29,265 bases of DNA from Thermoanaerobaculia bacterium (GCA_038245905.1 JBBRRY010000039.1:1-29265), one strand, 5' to 3'. Numbered from the stretch's first letter, positions 8,097 through 18,420 are shown. The notes: generated from the letters alone by a model not told the origin. A program made the numbers and translations.

Positions 8097-8846
8097 TTGG
8101 GCGAAGCCCCTCCATCGCCGCGTCGCGGCGTGCGCCGGGGGGTGTATGTGCTGCCGGCGCTTTTCACGGCCGGCAACATCCTATGCGGCTATCTCTCCCT
8201 GGACGCCTCCAGCAGGGGGGCTTACGAATACGCCGCGATTCTCATCTTCGCCGCGGCGTTCCTCGACGGCATGGACGGACGCGTCGCCCGGATGACCGGG
8301 ACGACCTCGGCGTTCGGCGAGCAGCTCGACTCTCTCGCGGACGTCGTCTCCTTTGGCGTCGCACCCGCCTTTCTCGTCTACCACTGGGGGCTCTCGGGCT
8401 TCGGCCGCGCGGGTCTCCTCGTATCCTTCCTCTTCGTCGTCTGCGGGGCCTCGCGCCTCGCGCGATTCAACGTGCAGATCCACGTCGTGGACAAGCGCTG
8501 GTTCGTCGGGCTTCCGATCCCGTCGGCAGCCGGCGCTCTCTGCGGCCTGATCTGGGCCGTGCCGGCGACGGACCTCACGGACACGCTGCGCGGCGTGTTC
8601 CTCGCGGTCACAGCGATCCTCGCGTTCCTGATGGTGTCGACGTTCCGGTACCGCTCGTTCAAGGACACGGACTTGAAGTCGCGCCGCGGGCGACTTTATT
8701 TCCTTCTCTTTGCGGCGATCCTCGCCCTCATCTGGTGGCTGCGCCAGTACGCGCTCGCCGGCCTGCTCGTAGCGTACGCGGCCTCGGCGCCCCTCGCGCG
8801 TTTTGCCGGCCTCTTTCGCGGGCGCTCGAAGGACGCGGCGGCGTGA
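8097..8846 (+). CDS. pssA: CDP-diacylglycerol--serine O-phosphatidyltransferase
   Basis: CDP-alcohol motif DGMDGRVAR...FGEQLDSLADVVSFGVAP, plus RLARFN, FVGLPIP and LMVS. Confidence 0.92.
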   Translation: MGEAPPSPRRGVRRGVYVLPALFTAGNILCGYLSLDASSRGAYEYAAILIFAAAFLDGMDGRVARMTGTTSAFGEQLDSLADVVSFGVAPAFLVYHWGLSGFGRAGLLVSFLFVVCGASRLARFNVQIHVVDKRWFVGLPIPSAAGALCGLIWAVPATDLTDTLRGVFLAVTAILAFLMVSTFRYRSFKDTDLKSRRGRLYFLLFAAILALIWWLRQYALAGLLVAYAASAPLARFAGLFRGRSKDAAA

Positions 8847-9859
8847 CGAAACCGCCGGGCGCGCCCGGCCTCTCCGTCGCGCTCGTCGAACCGACGACCC
8901 TGCTCGGACGCGACGTGCGCGCCGCCCTCACGGAGCGCGCTTTCCCCGCCTCCCGAGTCCATCTGTTCCACCAGGCCGGCGGTCTGGGCGGAGTCCTCGC
9001 CGCGGAAGACGACGAGGTTGCCTTCATCGCCCCGCTCACGAAGGATGCGCTCGAGACATGCCGGATTGCATTCCTGTGCGGGAGCGCGGACGAGACCGCG
9101 CGCTTTCTCGCGACCCGGACCGACGGCGCCCTCGCAATCGACCTCTCCGGGGTCCGCAACGGCCAGCCGCTGGTCGTGCCGTCGGAGAAAAGTGACTCGC
9201 CACCACTTCCTCCGGGCACCCTGTATCTCACGCCGCACCCTGTGGCCTTCGTGCTCGCCGAGGTCGTACGAACGGTTGAAGGGATCGTGCCCGTCGTCGG
9301 GGTGACGGCCGCCGTGGACCGTCCCGTGAGCGAGCTCGGCAAGGCGGCGCTGGACGAACTCTTCGAGCAGGCCCTCGCGCTGGCCACGTTTCGGCCGATG
9401 CCGAAAGCGGTACTGGGCACGCAGGTCGCCTTCAATTCTCATGCGCCGGCCGATTCCCGCGCCTTCGAGGCACGCGTCGCGGAGGATGTCGCGGCGCTGC
9501 TCGCCCGGGAGCTTCCGCTGACGATCCTCTCGGCGCGCACGTCGGTTTTTCACGGGCACCTCCTCCGCGTCGAGCTGCGGCTGGGCGCGGACGCTCCCAC
9601 GTCGGGCGAGATCCTGGCCTGTTTCCGCAAGCAGAAGCAGGCCTTCGAGATCGTCGACCCCGAGAATCTGTCCGGCCCCGTGGAGTCCGCCGGACGCGAC
9701 GAGACGCTCGTCCTCCGGGGCGAGGCAGATGGCCGTCGCGTGATGCTCACGCTCGCGGCCGACCACCTGAGGCGCGCGGGAGCGCTCCTCGCCGTTCGCC
9801 TCGCCGAGCAGGCCGCACGCGAGCGCGGATGGCTCGGTCCCGCTGAGAACGCCGGCTGA
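8843..9859 (+). CDS. Asd/ArgC-fold (aspartate-semialdehyde dehydrogenase-like, Usg-like) protein, probably non-catalytic
   Basis: IDLSG, VSELGKAALDEL, QVAFN and VFHGH, with a C-terminal ADHLR resembling Asd. Start at GTG 8843 overlapping the pssA stop. Confidence 0.75.
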   Translation: MTKPPGAPGLSVALVEPTTLLGRDVRAALTERAFPASRVHLFHQAGGLGGVLAAEDDEVAFIAPLTKDALETCRIAFLCGSADETARFLATRTDGALAIDLSGVRNGQPLVVPSEKSDSPPLPPGTLYLTPHPVAFVLAEVVRTVEGIVPVVGVTAAVDRPVSELGKAALDELFEQALALATFRPMPKAVLGTQVAFNSHAPADSRAFEARVAEDVAALLARELPLTILSARTSVFHGHLLRVELRLGADAPTSGEILACFRKQKQAFEIVDPENLSGPVESAGRDETLVLRGEADGRRVMLTLAADHLRRAGALLAVRLAEQAARERGWLGPAENAG

Positions 9860-9869
9860 CGCGCGCTGA

Positions 9870-11450
9870 TCAGCGACTGCGCACGTGAGGCTTCGGCTTC
9901 CGTTTCGACTTGGACTTCGGGGACGGCGTCTCCGCGACGGCAGGCGCCGCCAGGCTCGCTTCGATTTCCGGCCCGCTCGTCACCTTCCCGTCCGGCAGCG
10001 TGAGGTGCCAGCTCAAGAACACGCGCGGATGCATGCCGGCCACGCGGATCGCGCCCGACTGATTCGTCTCGCCGGGCGCGAAGATGTTCTCGAACAGCCG
10101 GCAGACGACCGCGCGGCTCGAACTCGTGAGCTTGTAACCCTCGGCCGCGGACGTCAGCTGCTCGTACCGGTCGAAATCGCCCGGCTTCACGGAAGACACG
10201 GTACCGCCGTCGACGCGGACCTGGACCCAGCTGTTGTAGTGCGAGAGGTCGGTCGGCGTGGGACCTGTGTTCGTCGCGCGGATCGTGAAATCGGTGTGTC
10301 CTCGTCCCGCCTCGCCCAAAATCGCCTCGACGACGAGCCGCGGCTCGACGGGCTTGCCCGTCAAAAGGGCCCTCACCGCCGCGTAGCCCACGAGGTAGCC
10401 GTCCTTCGGCACGCCGCCGACGAGAAACGTGCGGCCGAGAACGTTTGGAAGAGACCAGCGGCTCGTGGCCGAGAGAAAGCGTACGCCCTCGCCCATCGTC
10501 GGGAACTGGAACCGTGCGTAGCCTCCGTCCGCGGCGATCGTCGAACCCTTCGTACCGGCGCGCGGCTTGAACGTGCATACGGTGCCGGGCTCGGACGAGA
10601 ACACCTGCCCGAAATCGAAGTCCAAGGCGCGATCTTCGGAGAGCTGGTCGATCATGCCGTCGGGCAAGATGCGTCCCGTGAACGTCGTCCCATCACCCGT
10701 GCGGCCGTATCCGCCGAAGGCCACGAGCAGCCGAATCGGAAGGGGAAACTCCCGCGCGATCTCCTCGGGGAGCTCGCTGACGATCTGGCCGCCGAGCTCG
10801 CGCCGCCGTCCGAACGCCAGGACGAGCGCCTCGCTCGCGATACCCGAGAGCGGCTTCCACCGCTCCGGCTTCGCGGTCGGCGGAAGCGTGACGGAGACCG
10901 GCACCAAGAGCGCCTGATGCACGGCGGCGAGCGCTGCGGCGAGGTCCTTCGCAAGGTCTGGCGAGGGCCACAGGTGGAAGTGGACGCCTTCGACGCGCCC
11001 CCAGCCTCGCGCCTCGCCGAGAATCTTCCCGAGCGCGCGGGCCCACTCCGAGCCCACCGCGGCACCGCGCCCCGCGACGGCCGCGGCGGCGCCTTCCTCG
11101 CCGAGCACCGTGAGAACGAGCGGGCGCTTGAGCGGCGTGGGCGGCGGCGGAAGAGCGGTGATCGTGCCGGACCGGGACATCGTCGCCGCCGGAACGTAGA
11201 GGCGCACGACCCGCATCGACTCGAGCTCGGCGTCGACGTCGTCGGGCACGAACGCCGGGGCTTCGGCGAGGAAGAGGGCGTCGCCGCGAGGAACCGCCGG
11301 TGTTGCGTTGGCGGACGGAGCGGGCTCCTTCTTTCGGCACGACGCCGGCGCGACCAGGAGGAAAGCGAGGCAAGAAACAGCGGCGACGGTCCGGCCTGTC
11401 GTACGGCCCGCGGCATAGGCGCCGCGGCGGCGGGCGGCCGGGTCCATCAC
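9870..11450 (-). CDS. Hypothetical protein, probable lipoprotein
   Basis: 526 aa. A hydrophobic stretch ends in a lipobox-like PASC followed by RKKEPAP. It has a central alpha/beta region, a beta-rich C-terminal region and a Lys-rich tail. GTGA overlap with the kinase stop. Confidence 0.65.
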   Translation of the reverse strand: MMDPAARRRGAYAAGRTTGRTVAAVSCLAFLLVAPASCRKKEPAPSANATPAVPRGDALFLAEAPAFVPDDVDAELESMRVVRLYVPAATMSRSGTITALPPPPTPLKRPLVLTVLGEEGAAAAVAGRGAAVGSEWARALGKILGEARGWGRVEGVHFHLWPSPDLAKDLAAALAAVHQALLVPVSVTLPPTAKPERWKPLSGIASEALVLAFGRRRELGGQIVSELPEEIAREFPLPIRLLVAFGGYGRTGDGTTFTGRILPDGMIDQLSEDRALDFDFGQVFSSEPGTVCTFKPRAGTKGSTIAADGGYARFQFPTMGEGVRFLSATSRWSLPNVLGRTFLVGGVPKDGYLVGYAAVRALLTGKPVEPRLVVEAILGEAGRGHTDFTIRATNTGPTPTDLSHYNSWVQVRVDGGTVSSVKPGDFDRYEQLTSAAEGYKLTSSSRAVVCRLFENIFAPGETNQSGAIRVAGMHPRVFLSWHLTLPDGKVTSGPEIEASLAAPAVAETPSPKSKSKRKPKPHVRSR

Positions 11451-14400
11451 GGCGAAGATGATAGCGCGGGCAACGTGAAGCCCACGACAAGACCACCCTC
11501 GGCGCGCGCGTGCGCGAAAACGCTCCCGGAGTGCCTCTCGGCGGCCTGCCGGACGGCCGCGAGACCCATCCCCGAGCCTCTGGACTTCGTCGAGAAAGCC
11601 GGGTCGAAGAGCTGTCCCGCGGCCTCCTCGGGCACACCCGGCCCGTCATCGGCACACGCGAAGCGGACCGCCGGCACGCCTGCGCCTAGGGTTGCGTTCT
11701 CCGCGGACAGGCGCACGCGGCCAGCGGACGTGCCGATCGCCTCCACCGAGTTGACGACGAAATTCGTGAGGGCATCGCGCACGAGGAACGGATCCGCCGC
11801 GAACCTCCGCAAATCTGAAGCGACTTCGACCTCGATCATCACGGTCTCGTGAGCTCGAAAATCGGCGGCGACCTCGTCGAGGAGCGCCGCGACCGCCTCG
11901 CGATCGAGGACCCGCCGTTCCACGACGGCCGGGTCACCGAATCGGCCGAGGCGTCCGATGCGGTGCGTCATGATTCCGACCTGCCGGAGGATTCCCGAGG
12001 CGATCTCGGAGAACGCCGTCTTCCGCACGAGCTCCGGGCGCTCTTCGAACCTCTGGAGACGCTCGGCGGCGAGCCGGATCGGCGTGAGCGGATTCTTGAT
12101 GTCGTGCGCGATCGATCGGGCCGCTTCGACCCACGCGGCGAGGCGGTCGGCGCGCAGGAAGTCCGTGAGGTCCTCGAGGAGGAGGATCGTGCGCGGCCCG
12201 CGCTCCTCGCCCGGCAGCGTTACGATCGCGACCCGAAAGAAGCGTTCGCCCGATGGGCCGGGAATGGCCACGCGAGTTTCGTACGGCGAGGGCCGCACGG
12301 CGGCCTCCTCGAGAGCCGCGCGAAGTGGTTCCCATCCCGCGCCTGACAGGCGCTCTGGGAGGGACCTTCCAGGGAGCAGGAGGTCCGCTGCCGGGTTCGC
12401 GAGGAGGACGGTCCCGTCGTCGCGGCGGAAGAGCAGAACGGCCGCGGTTAGATTTCCGAGGAGGCCCACGGCGGACGCTCGCTCCTCCGCGAGAGACGCC
12501 GTCCTCTCCTCGATTCGTGCCGACATCTCGGTAAAGGCGTCGACGAGGCGTGCGAGATCCGCGTTCGCCGGCCGGACGAGCGGCGGCAGGCGCCTCCCCT
12601 CGCCGACGTTCTCGGTTGCCGCGATGAGCTCTTCCAACGGCCCTCCCAGCGTGAGCGCCGCCCGGCCGCCGAGACCCACGGCGGCGAGGGCGACCGCCAC
12701 GGAGAGGAGGAGAAGGGCGTCGGCCGCCGACCGGACGGCCTCGTCTTCGGCGACGACCACCGCCAGCGCCTCTCGCCCGTCGGGCGAGACCGACTCGGCG
12801 GCCTCGACGACGCGTGGCGCACCGGGAACGACGGCACCACGCGACGAAAACGCCGACGGACGTCCTTCCGCGAGCTCCTGCGCGACCGCGGAATCGAGCA
12901 TTTCGCGCGCGACCTCGGCGGCAACTGGCAACGCCCGGGACGCCGCAACGAGCGTCCCATCGCGATAGCGGAGGAGATCCCAGCCGATGACGGCGGCCGC
13001 ACGGTTGAGCGCCGCCTCGGCCGAGAGGCCACCACCCGACGCGTCGCCTTCGAGGAGCCGCCTGCCCTCGGCGACGACGTCGCGCGAGCGCCGGGCCGTC
13101 TCGCGCACGGCGTGGCGCTCGAGGGCGACCCGGACGAAAACGACGCTCAGCGCGAGAGGAAGGGCGCCGAAGATCAGGACGAGCGCGACGAGCCGTGTGC
13201 GAAACGTGGCGAAGACGCGCCGCGGAAACCGGAGCGAACCTCGCCGGACCGGCGCGCCGGCAAAAAGGAACGGAACGACGACGAGAAGCGCGGCCTCCCC
13301 GGCAGCAACGGCGGCGCCCGCCACGGCGAGAGCCGATTCGGCGGGCACGGCGAATCCCGTGAAGCCGGAAGAGGAGGCCGAGACGCGCACGCGGCGCAGG
13401 CCGTCCGGCGTCAGGACGGTCGCCACCGCCTCCCCGGTCCGGCGGGCGCGTTCGAGGACACCGGCGGGCAGCTCGACGCCCTCGCCGCGGGCACCGGTCG
13501 TCCGTCCGGCGGCGTCCCACTCGAGCCTCTCGACCGCGACACGATCCGGCACGTCGCGCGACGCGACCGCCGAGAGCAGCGGATCCCGATCGGCCTCGCG
13601 CGGCCAAGGCACGTGCAGGAAGGCCGAGGGGAACCCGGCCGGATTCGAGGCCGTGAGGACGAGATCGGCCGCCCGCCGCCCCGGGTGGATGACGCCGAAG
13701 GACGAGACGATGGCGCCCAGCGGACTCCGAATCGTGAGCGTGTCGCCGAGCTCGGGAAAGGTCTCGTCGGCGCCCCGCGCCCAGAGCGCGCGCGCCAGAT
13801 CGTCGGGATTCGTACGCTCCCCCGCCGGCAGCCACGGCTCGAGCGACGGCGAGGCAACGCGCTGCTCCCAGCGGTGCACGGCCTCGGTGCGCGCTCCGGC
13901 CGCGTCGCCCCGCGCGAGCGAGTCCGCGCGCACGATCGCGGCGTCCGCGTGGCGAATGCGGCCGTCCGCGAGACCCGTGGCGAAGAGAAGAGTCGCCGCC
14001 GCGAATACGAAGACCGCGGTCGTGGCGCGCGCCAGGAGATCGGTCCCGGGGATCGGCTGAATGCGATTCGAGAGGGCCCATGACGCGGCGACCGACGCGA
14101 CGGTGAGGCAGGGAGCAAAGAACGAGGAACCGCCGGCGGCGAGAGCCGCCGCGAGAGCGGCCAAGCCGAGAGCGGCCGCCAGAGTGGTCCCGCGCCGCGA
14201 CGCGCCGCGACGAAGAAGGAGAGCCGCCGCGGCGAGCCCGGCCGCCGCGACAGCAAGAAGACCCGTCTGCGCGAGGAAATCCGGGAGGCCGCGCGGCACG
14301 AGACTCATCGTGTCGAAGAGATCGGGCGCCACGCGAGCGGCGCCGCGCCCCAGTGTGCCCGGGAGGAAGGCGAGCGGGAGTGCGAGCAGAATGCCGAGGG

Positions 14401-15346
14401 TGGCCGGTCGGGCGTCTCGGCCGCGCGCTTGACGGGCCAGCGCGCGCGCGAAGATGAGCGCCGCAAAACCCGTGAGGATGACGTCCGCGGGCGTGGCGAA
14501 GAGCCCGAGGAGCGCTGGCGGGTCCCATCCGGCGGCGAAGACGCCGGAGGCGCCCCGCGGCATTCCGAGGAGGAGCGCGAACCGCGCCGCCACGATTGCG
14601 GTCGCCGGCCTTCGGGCAGCGGCTCCGAGGGCGCCGGCAAGGAGCGCGAGGGCGATCGCCGGCATTCGGCTTCGGGCGCGGGCGGCGTCCTCTTCGGCGA
14701 CCTCGGGCTCGGACGCCTCCACGGACAAAGTTAGAAGCCGGTCGCGACGCTCGGATGCCGCGAGGCGGATCCTCAGGCGCGTCGGGTCGTTTCGAAGCCG
14801 GAGAAACTCGATCAGGTCGGGGCGGAGGATGCCCGTCGGATAGCGCCGCGTGATGACAAGCGTCCCGCGCGCCCCCCGCTCTCCGCGCGGAGCCACCCAG
14901 CCAAGCACGGCGCGCGTGACGTGGAACGACGTGACGAAGCCCGCCGTCGCGGTCCCGCGCTCGGCCTCCAGCCCGGAGGCCTCGCCCGCCCAAGCAACGG
15001 CGCGGCCCGTCCGGTCGAAGAAAACGGCGCCCCACCCAGGCCCCTCCGGGAGCGACTCCCCGAGAATCGAGAAGAGCCTCGCGGGCCGCACCTCGGCTCC
15101 CCCTCCGTCCGCGATCGCGGCGAATTCCCGCCCCCCGCTAATCCGGTCGGCGGTCCGCCTGAGCGCCTCGCCGTCTCGCTCGAGAGCCTCCTCGGCGGCC
15201 ACGAGAAAGAGCCGGGCGCGCGCCTGCCGCGCGTGGGCGCCGACGGGGGCGAGGCGAAGCGCGAGCGCGAAGACGAGCGCGACGAGCGCTGCGGCGAACA
15301 GCCCGCAGACGACGAGCCGTCGCGCGCGCAACGTCGTCGAGGCCAA
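11447..15346 (-). CDS. Large multi-pass membrane sensor histidine kinase (NtrY-like core with HAMP and PAS-like domains)
   Basis: H-box AHDIKNPLTPI, N-box LTNFVVNSVEA, G1 DDGPG, F/G2 FDPAFSTKSRGSGMGL. About 1300 aa with many TM helices. The start is uncertain (TTG 15346 or 15331). Confidence 0.88.
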   Translation of the reverse strand: MASTTLRARRLVVCGLFAAALVALVFALALRLAPVGAHARQARARLFLVAAEEALERDGEALRRTADRISGGREFAAIADGGGAEVRPARLFSILGESLPEGPGWGAVFFDRTGRAVAWAGEASGLEAERGTATAGFVTSFHVTRAVLGWVAPRGERGARGTLVITRRYPTGILRPDLIEFLRLRNDPTRLRIRLAASERRDRLLTLSVEASEPEVAEEDAARARSRMPAIALALLAGALGAAARRPATAIVAARFALLLGMPRGASGVFAAGWDPPALLGLFATPADVILTGFAALIFARALARQARGRDARPATLGILLALPLAFLPGTLGRGAARVAPDLFDTMSLVPRGLPDFLAQTGLLAVAAAGLAAAALLLRRGASRRGTTLAAALGLAALAAALAAGGSSFFAPCLTVASVAASWALSNRIQPIPGTDLLARATTAVFVFAAATLLFATGLADGRIRHADAAIVRADSLARGDAAGARTEAVHRWEQRVASPSLEPWLPAGERTNPDDLARALWARGADETFPELGDTLTIRSPLGAIVSSFGVIHPGRRAADLVLTASNPAGFPSAFLHVPWPREADRDPLLSAVASRDVPDRVAVERLEWDAAGRTTGARGEGVELPAGVLERARRTGEAVATVLTPDGLRRVRVSASSSGFTGFAVPAESALAVAGAAVAAGEAALLVVVPFLFAGAPVRRGSLRFPRRVFATFRTRLVALVLIFGALPLALSVVFVRVALERHAVRETARRSRDVVAEGRRLLEGDASGGGLSAEAALNRAAAVIGWDLLRYRDGTLVAASRALPVAAEVAREMLDSAVAQELAEGRPSAFSSRGAVVPGAPRVVEAAESVSPDGREALAVVVAEDEAVRSAADALLLLSVAVALAAVGLGGRAALTLGGPLEELIAATENVGEGRRLPPLVRPANADLARLVDAFTEMSARIEERTASLAEERASAVGLLGNLTAAVLLFRRDDGTVLLANPAADLLLPGRSLPERLSGAGWEPLRAALEEAAVRPSPYETRVAIPGPSGERFFRVAIVTLPGEERGPRTILLLEDLTDFLRADRLAAWVEAARSIAHDIKNPLTPIRLAAERLQRFEERPELVRKTAFSEIASGILRQVGIMTHRIGRLGRFGDPAVVERRVLDREAVAALLDEVAADFRAHETVMIEVEVASDLRRFAADPFLVRDALTNFVVNSVEAIGTSAGRVRLSAENATLGAGVPAVRFACADDGPGVPEEAAGQLFDPAFSTKSRGSGMGLAAVRQAAERHSGSVFAHARAEGGLVVGFTLPALSSSP

Positions 15347-15351
15347 GGGCG

Positions 15352-17043
15352 TTAGCGCGCCATCGGGATGCGGACGCCATGACGCGCGGCGGAGTCCAGG
15401 GCCTCTCCGTAACCGGCGTCCGCGTGGCGAACGATCCCCATGCCTGGGTCCGTCGTGAGGACGCGCGCGAGGCGTGCGGCCGCCTTCGGGGTTCCATCGG
15501 CAACCACCACCATGCCGGCGTGGATCGAATACCCGATCCCCACTCCGCCCCCGTGGTGGAGGGAGACCCACGTCGCGCCGGCCGCGGTGTTCAGAAGCGC
15601 GTTCAGGAGCGGCCAGTCAGCGATCGCGTCACTGCCGTCCTTCATGGCCTCGGTCTCGCGGTTCGGGGAGGCCACCGAGCCGCAGTCGAGGTGGTCTCGC
15701 CCGATCACGATCGGCGCCTTCACGCGTTCCGTCCGAACGAGCTCGTTGAAGGCGAGGCCAGCCTTCGCGCGCTCGCCGTAGCCAAGCCAGCAGATCCTCG
15801 CGGGCAGGCCCTGGAACGCGACGCGCGCCCCGGCAAGCGCGATCCAGCGCCGGAGCGCCGTATTTTCCGGGAATAGGCGGAGGATCTCTCGATCCGTCTC
15901 CGCGATGTCGGCCGGATCGCCCGAGAGAGCAACCCAACGGAACGGCCCCTTGCCCTCGCAGAAGAGAGGCCGGATGTAGAGCGGCACGAACCCCACGATG
16001 TCGTACGCGTTCGCGACGCCGGCCGTCACCGCCCCCGCTCGGAGATTGTTGCCATAGTCGAACGTGACGGCGCCCTTGGCCTTGAGGGCGAGCATCGCCC
16101 GAACGTGCGCGCCCATTGAGGAGATCGAGAGGCGGATGTACGCCTCGGGATCACCCGCGCGGAGGCGGAGCGCCTCCGCGTATGGAAGGCCGTGCGGCAC
16201 GTACCCGTTCAGCGCGTCGTGCGCAGAGGTCTGGTCCGTCAGGACGTCGGGCACGAGCCCGCGCGCGAGAAGCCGCTCGAGAAGGTCCACGGCGTTGGCG
16301 CGGACGCCGAACGAACGGGCCTCCCCGCGGTCCCGTGCCGCGAGCGCCCGGTCGATCCCCGAATCGAGGTCGTCGACGCGCTCGTCGATGTACCGCGTCG
16401 CAAGGCGCTTGTCGATGCGCGATCCGTCGACCTCCGCGACGAGCGCCGTGCCGCCGCACATCGTCGCGGCCAGCGGCTGCGCTCCCCCCATCCCCCCGAG
16501 ACCGGCCGTCACGACGAGCCGCCCCGCGAGAGAACCGTCCTGGGACGAGAGGTCGCGGCGCGCGGCCTCGGCGAAGGTCTCGTACGTGCCCTGGAGGATT
16601 CCCTGCGTGCCAATGTAGATCCAGGAGCCGGCGGTCATCTGACCGTACATCGTCAGGCCGAGGGACTCGAGCCGACGGAACTCGTCCCACGTTGCCCAAT
16701 GAGGCACGAGGTTCGAGTTCGCGATGAGAACGCGGGGGGCATCCTCGTGCGTCCGGAAGACTCCGACCGGCTTCCCGGACTGGACGAGGAGGGTCTCGTC
16801 GTCGCCGAGGCGGCGGAGGGCGTCGAGGATCGCCATGAGGCACTCGGGATTCCGGGCCGCCTTACCGGACCCGCCATAGACGACGAGGTCCTCGCGGCGC
16901 TCGGCGACCTCCGGGTCCAGGTTGTTGAGGAGCATCCGGTACGGTGCTTCCGTGAGCCAGGAGCGGCAGGTGAGCGCGGTCCCCCGGGGGACCGCGGGCG
17001 GCGAAAACAAGGCAGGCGCCGATGGGCCGGACATGGCCTGCAT
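15352..17043 (-). CDS. hutU: Urocanate hydratase
   Basis: [58 protein letters not shown] and HHGGGVG. Confidence 0.98.
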   Translation of the reverse strand: MQAMSGPSAPALFSPPAVPRGTALTCRSWLTEAPYRMLLNNLDPEVAERREDLVVYGGSGKAARNPECLMAILDALRRLGDDETLLVQSGKPVGVFRTHEDAPRVLIANSNLVPHWATWDEFRRLESLGLTMYGQMTAGSWIYIGTQGILQGTYETFAEAARRDLSSQDGSLAGRLVVTAGLGGMGGAQPLAATMCGGTALVAEVDGSRIDKRLATRYIDERVDDLDSGIDRALAARDRGEARSFGVRANAVDLLERLLARGLVPDVLTDQTSAHDALNGYVPHGLPYAEALRLRAGDPEAYIRLSISSMGAHVRAMLALKAKGAVTFDYGNNLRAGAVTAGVANAYDIVGFVPLYIRPLFCEGKGPFRWVALSGDPADIAETDREILRLFPENTALRRWIALAGARVAFQGLPARICWLGYGERAKAGLAFNELVRTERVKAPIVIGRDHLDCGSVASPNRETEAMKDGSDAIADWPLLNALLNTAAGATWVSLHHGGGVGIGYSIHAGMVVVADGTPKAAARLARVLTTDPGMGIVRHADAGYGEALDSAARHGVRIPMAR

Positions 17044-17079
17044 GTTAGCCGCTGGGGCGCATCTAACGCACCGCGTCAG

Positions 17080-17121
17080 ATTTCTCTTGACAGAAATTAC
17101 GCGGCGCGTTACCTTGAGATC
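17080..17121 (+). promoter_or_regulatory. Sigma70 promoter of the phaR-like gene with a putative operator
   Basis: TTGACA (17087-17092), 17 nt, TACCTT (17110-17115), 6 nt, ATG 17122, with no SD. The -35 is bracketed by the inverted repeat ATTTCT...AGAAAT. Confidence 0.75.
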
Positions 17122-17853
17122 ATGAGCGAACTTCGCCGGATCGTCCGCTACCGCAACCGCAAGCTCTACGAGGCACGCGAGCGACGTTTCGTGACCTTGT
17201 CCGATCTCGCGAAGGCCGTATCCCTCGGCGACCGGGTGGAGGTCATCGCCGCGGATTCGGGCGAGGACATCACCGCCCGTGTCCTCTCCCGCGCCCTCGC
17301 GTCGAGTCGGACCCCGGTCCTCGCCTCGGCGGACACGCTTGCCCGGCTTCTCCGGGCTGGCAGCGAAGCCGCGGAAACGGTCGCGGAGGCTGTCGAGCTC
17401 GTTGGTGGCACCCGGGTGGCGGACTCGCTGCGCCGGGCCGCGAGCCCCGAGCGCCTCGGTAGAACTCTGGCCCCTCTCACCCGCCGGCTCGAGGACGCCC
17501 GCCAGGACGTGGAGAAAATCGTGGGCGGACTCGTTGAAAAAGGCCGCCTGACATGGGAAGAAGGGACGCGCCTGCGCGAGGATGTCGGCCTCGTCTTCCG
17601 CGAGAGCCTCGCCGACGTGGTCGGCAGCGTCCGCGACATCGCGAGCCGTCTCTCACCCAGCACGCAGCCCCAGCTCGCGAAGGAAATCGGTGACCTCAGG
17701 ACACGTCTCGCCCAGCTCGAATCGCTCGCCAAGAGCGCCTTCCCCGCGGAGTTTCCGAAGCCAGTTCACGCGCGGCGTACCTTGGCGCCCGTCTCCAAAC
17801 CCTCCGTCAAGACACCCGTCCGCAAACAGAACAGAAGAAGGAGAACAGCATGA
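17122..17853 (+). CDS. PhaR-like regulator: PHB-accumulation regulator DNA-binding domain plus C-terminal phasin-like domain
   Basis: N-terminus [20 protein letters not shown]...GEDITARVL resembles PhaR (IKKYxNRRLYD...GEDLT). The later [16 protein letters not shown] and [14 protein letters not shown] are phasin-like. Confidence 0.82.
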   Translation: MSELRRIVRYRNRKLYEARERRFVTLSDLAKAVSLGDRVEVIAADSGEDITARVLSRALASSRTPVLASADTLARLLRAGSEAAETVAEAVELVGGTRVADSLRRAASPERLGRTLAPLTRRLEDARQDVEKIVGGLVEKGRLTWEEGTRLREDVGLVFRESLADVVGSVRDIASRLSPSTQPQLAKEIGDLRTRLAQLESLAKSAFPAEFPKPVHARRTLAPVSKPSVKTPVRKQNRRRRTA

Positions 17854-18365
17854 AGACATCCACCCGCAAGACCGCACCGAAGCTTCCTTTCAACGTCCCG
17901 GCCCCCGTCGAGAAGGCCCTGAAGACGGCTGGCAGCCGCTTCGACGCCTTCAGCGTCAAGGCCAAGAGCGTCGCCGCCAAGACCGAAAAGCAGGTCAAGG
18001 TCGCGGCAAGAGACCTCAAGAAATCGGGTCAGTCTTTCGCGAAGAATCCGCGCGCGTTCGTGGAAGAAGTAATGGAGTCGGGCCGCGATCTCGGCATGAA
18101 GCTCCGGGCGAACGCCGGCAAGGTCGGCGGCGACGTGCAAGACCGCGTCCAAAAGGCCAGTGCCGAGGCCGCGCGACGAGCCGAAGGCGTCGCGAAGAAC
18201 GTGACCGAGACCGTCGGCACGGCCGTCGAGAAGGGCCTCCACGGCCTGAACGTTCCGACCCGCAAGGAGCTCCGCTCGCTCGCCGCCAAAGTCGACGGCC
18301 TCGGCAAGAAAATCGACGCGCTCAAAACCCGCAAGGCTCCGCGCACGACGCGCCGCGCGCGCTGA
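17850..18365 (+). CDS. Phasin-family (PhaF/PhaI-like) granule-associated protein
   Basis: Ala/Lys-rich amphipathic helices and C-terminal LHGLNVPTRKELRSLAAKVDGLGKKIDAL, with basic tails. SD AAGGAG and ATGA overlap. Confidence 0.78.
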   Translation: MKTSTRKTAPKLPFNVPAPVEKALKTAGSRFDAFSVKAKSVAAKTEKQVKVAARDLKKSGQSFAKNPRAFVEEVMESGRDLGMKLRANAGKVGGDVQDRVQKASAEAARRAEGVAKNVTETVGTAVEKGLHGLNVPTRKELRSLAAKVDGLGKKIDALKTRKAPRTTRRAR

Positions 18366-18392
18366 ACCGGTCCGAAATCGGATAGAATTCCC

Positions 18393-18420
18393 GGCGCTGC
18401 CGCCAAGGCGGCGCCTTTTT
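18393..18420 (+). terminator. Probable intrinsic terminator after the phaR-phasin pair
   Basis: GC hairpin (GCCGCC-AA-GGCGGC, extendable with GGCGC/GCGCC) followed by TTTTTCATTT. Confidence 0.65.
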
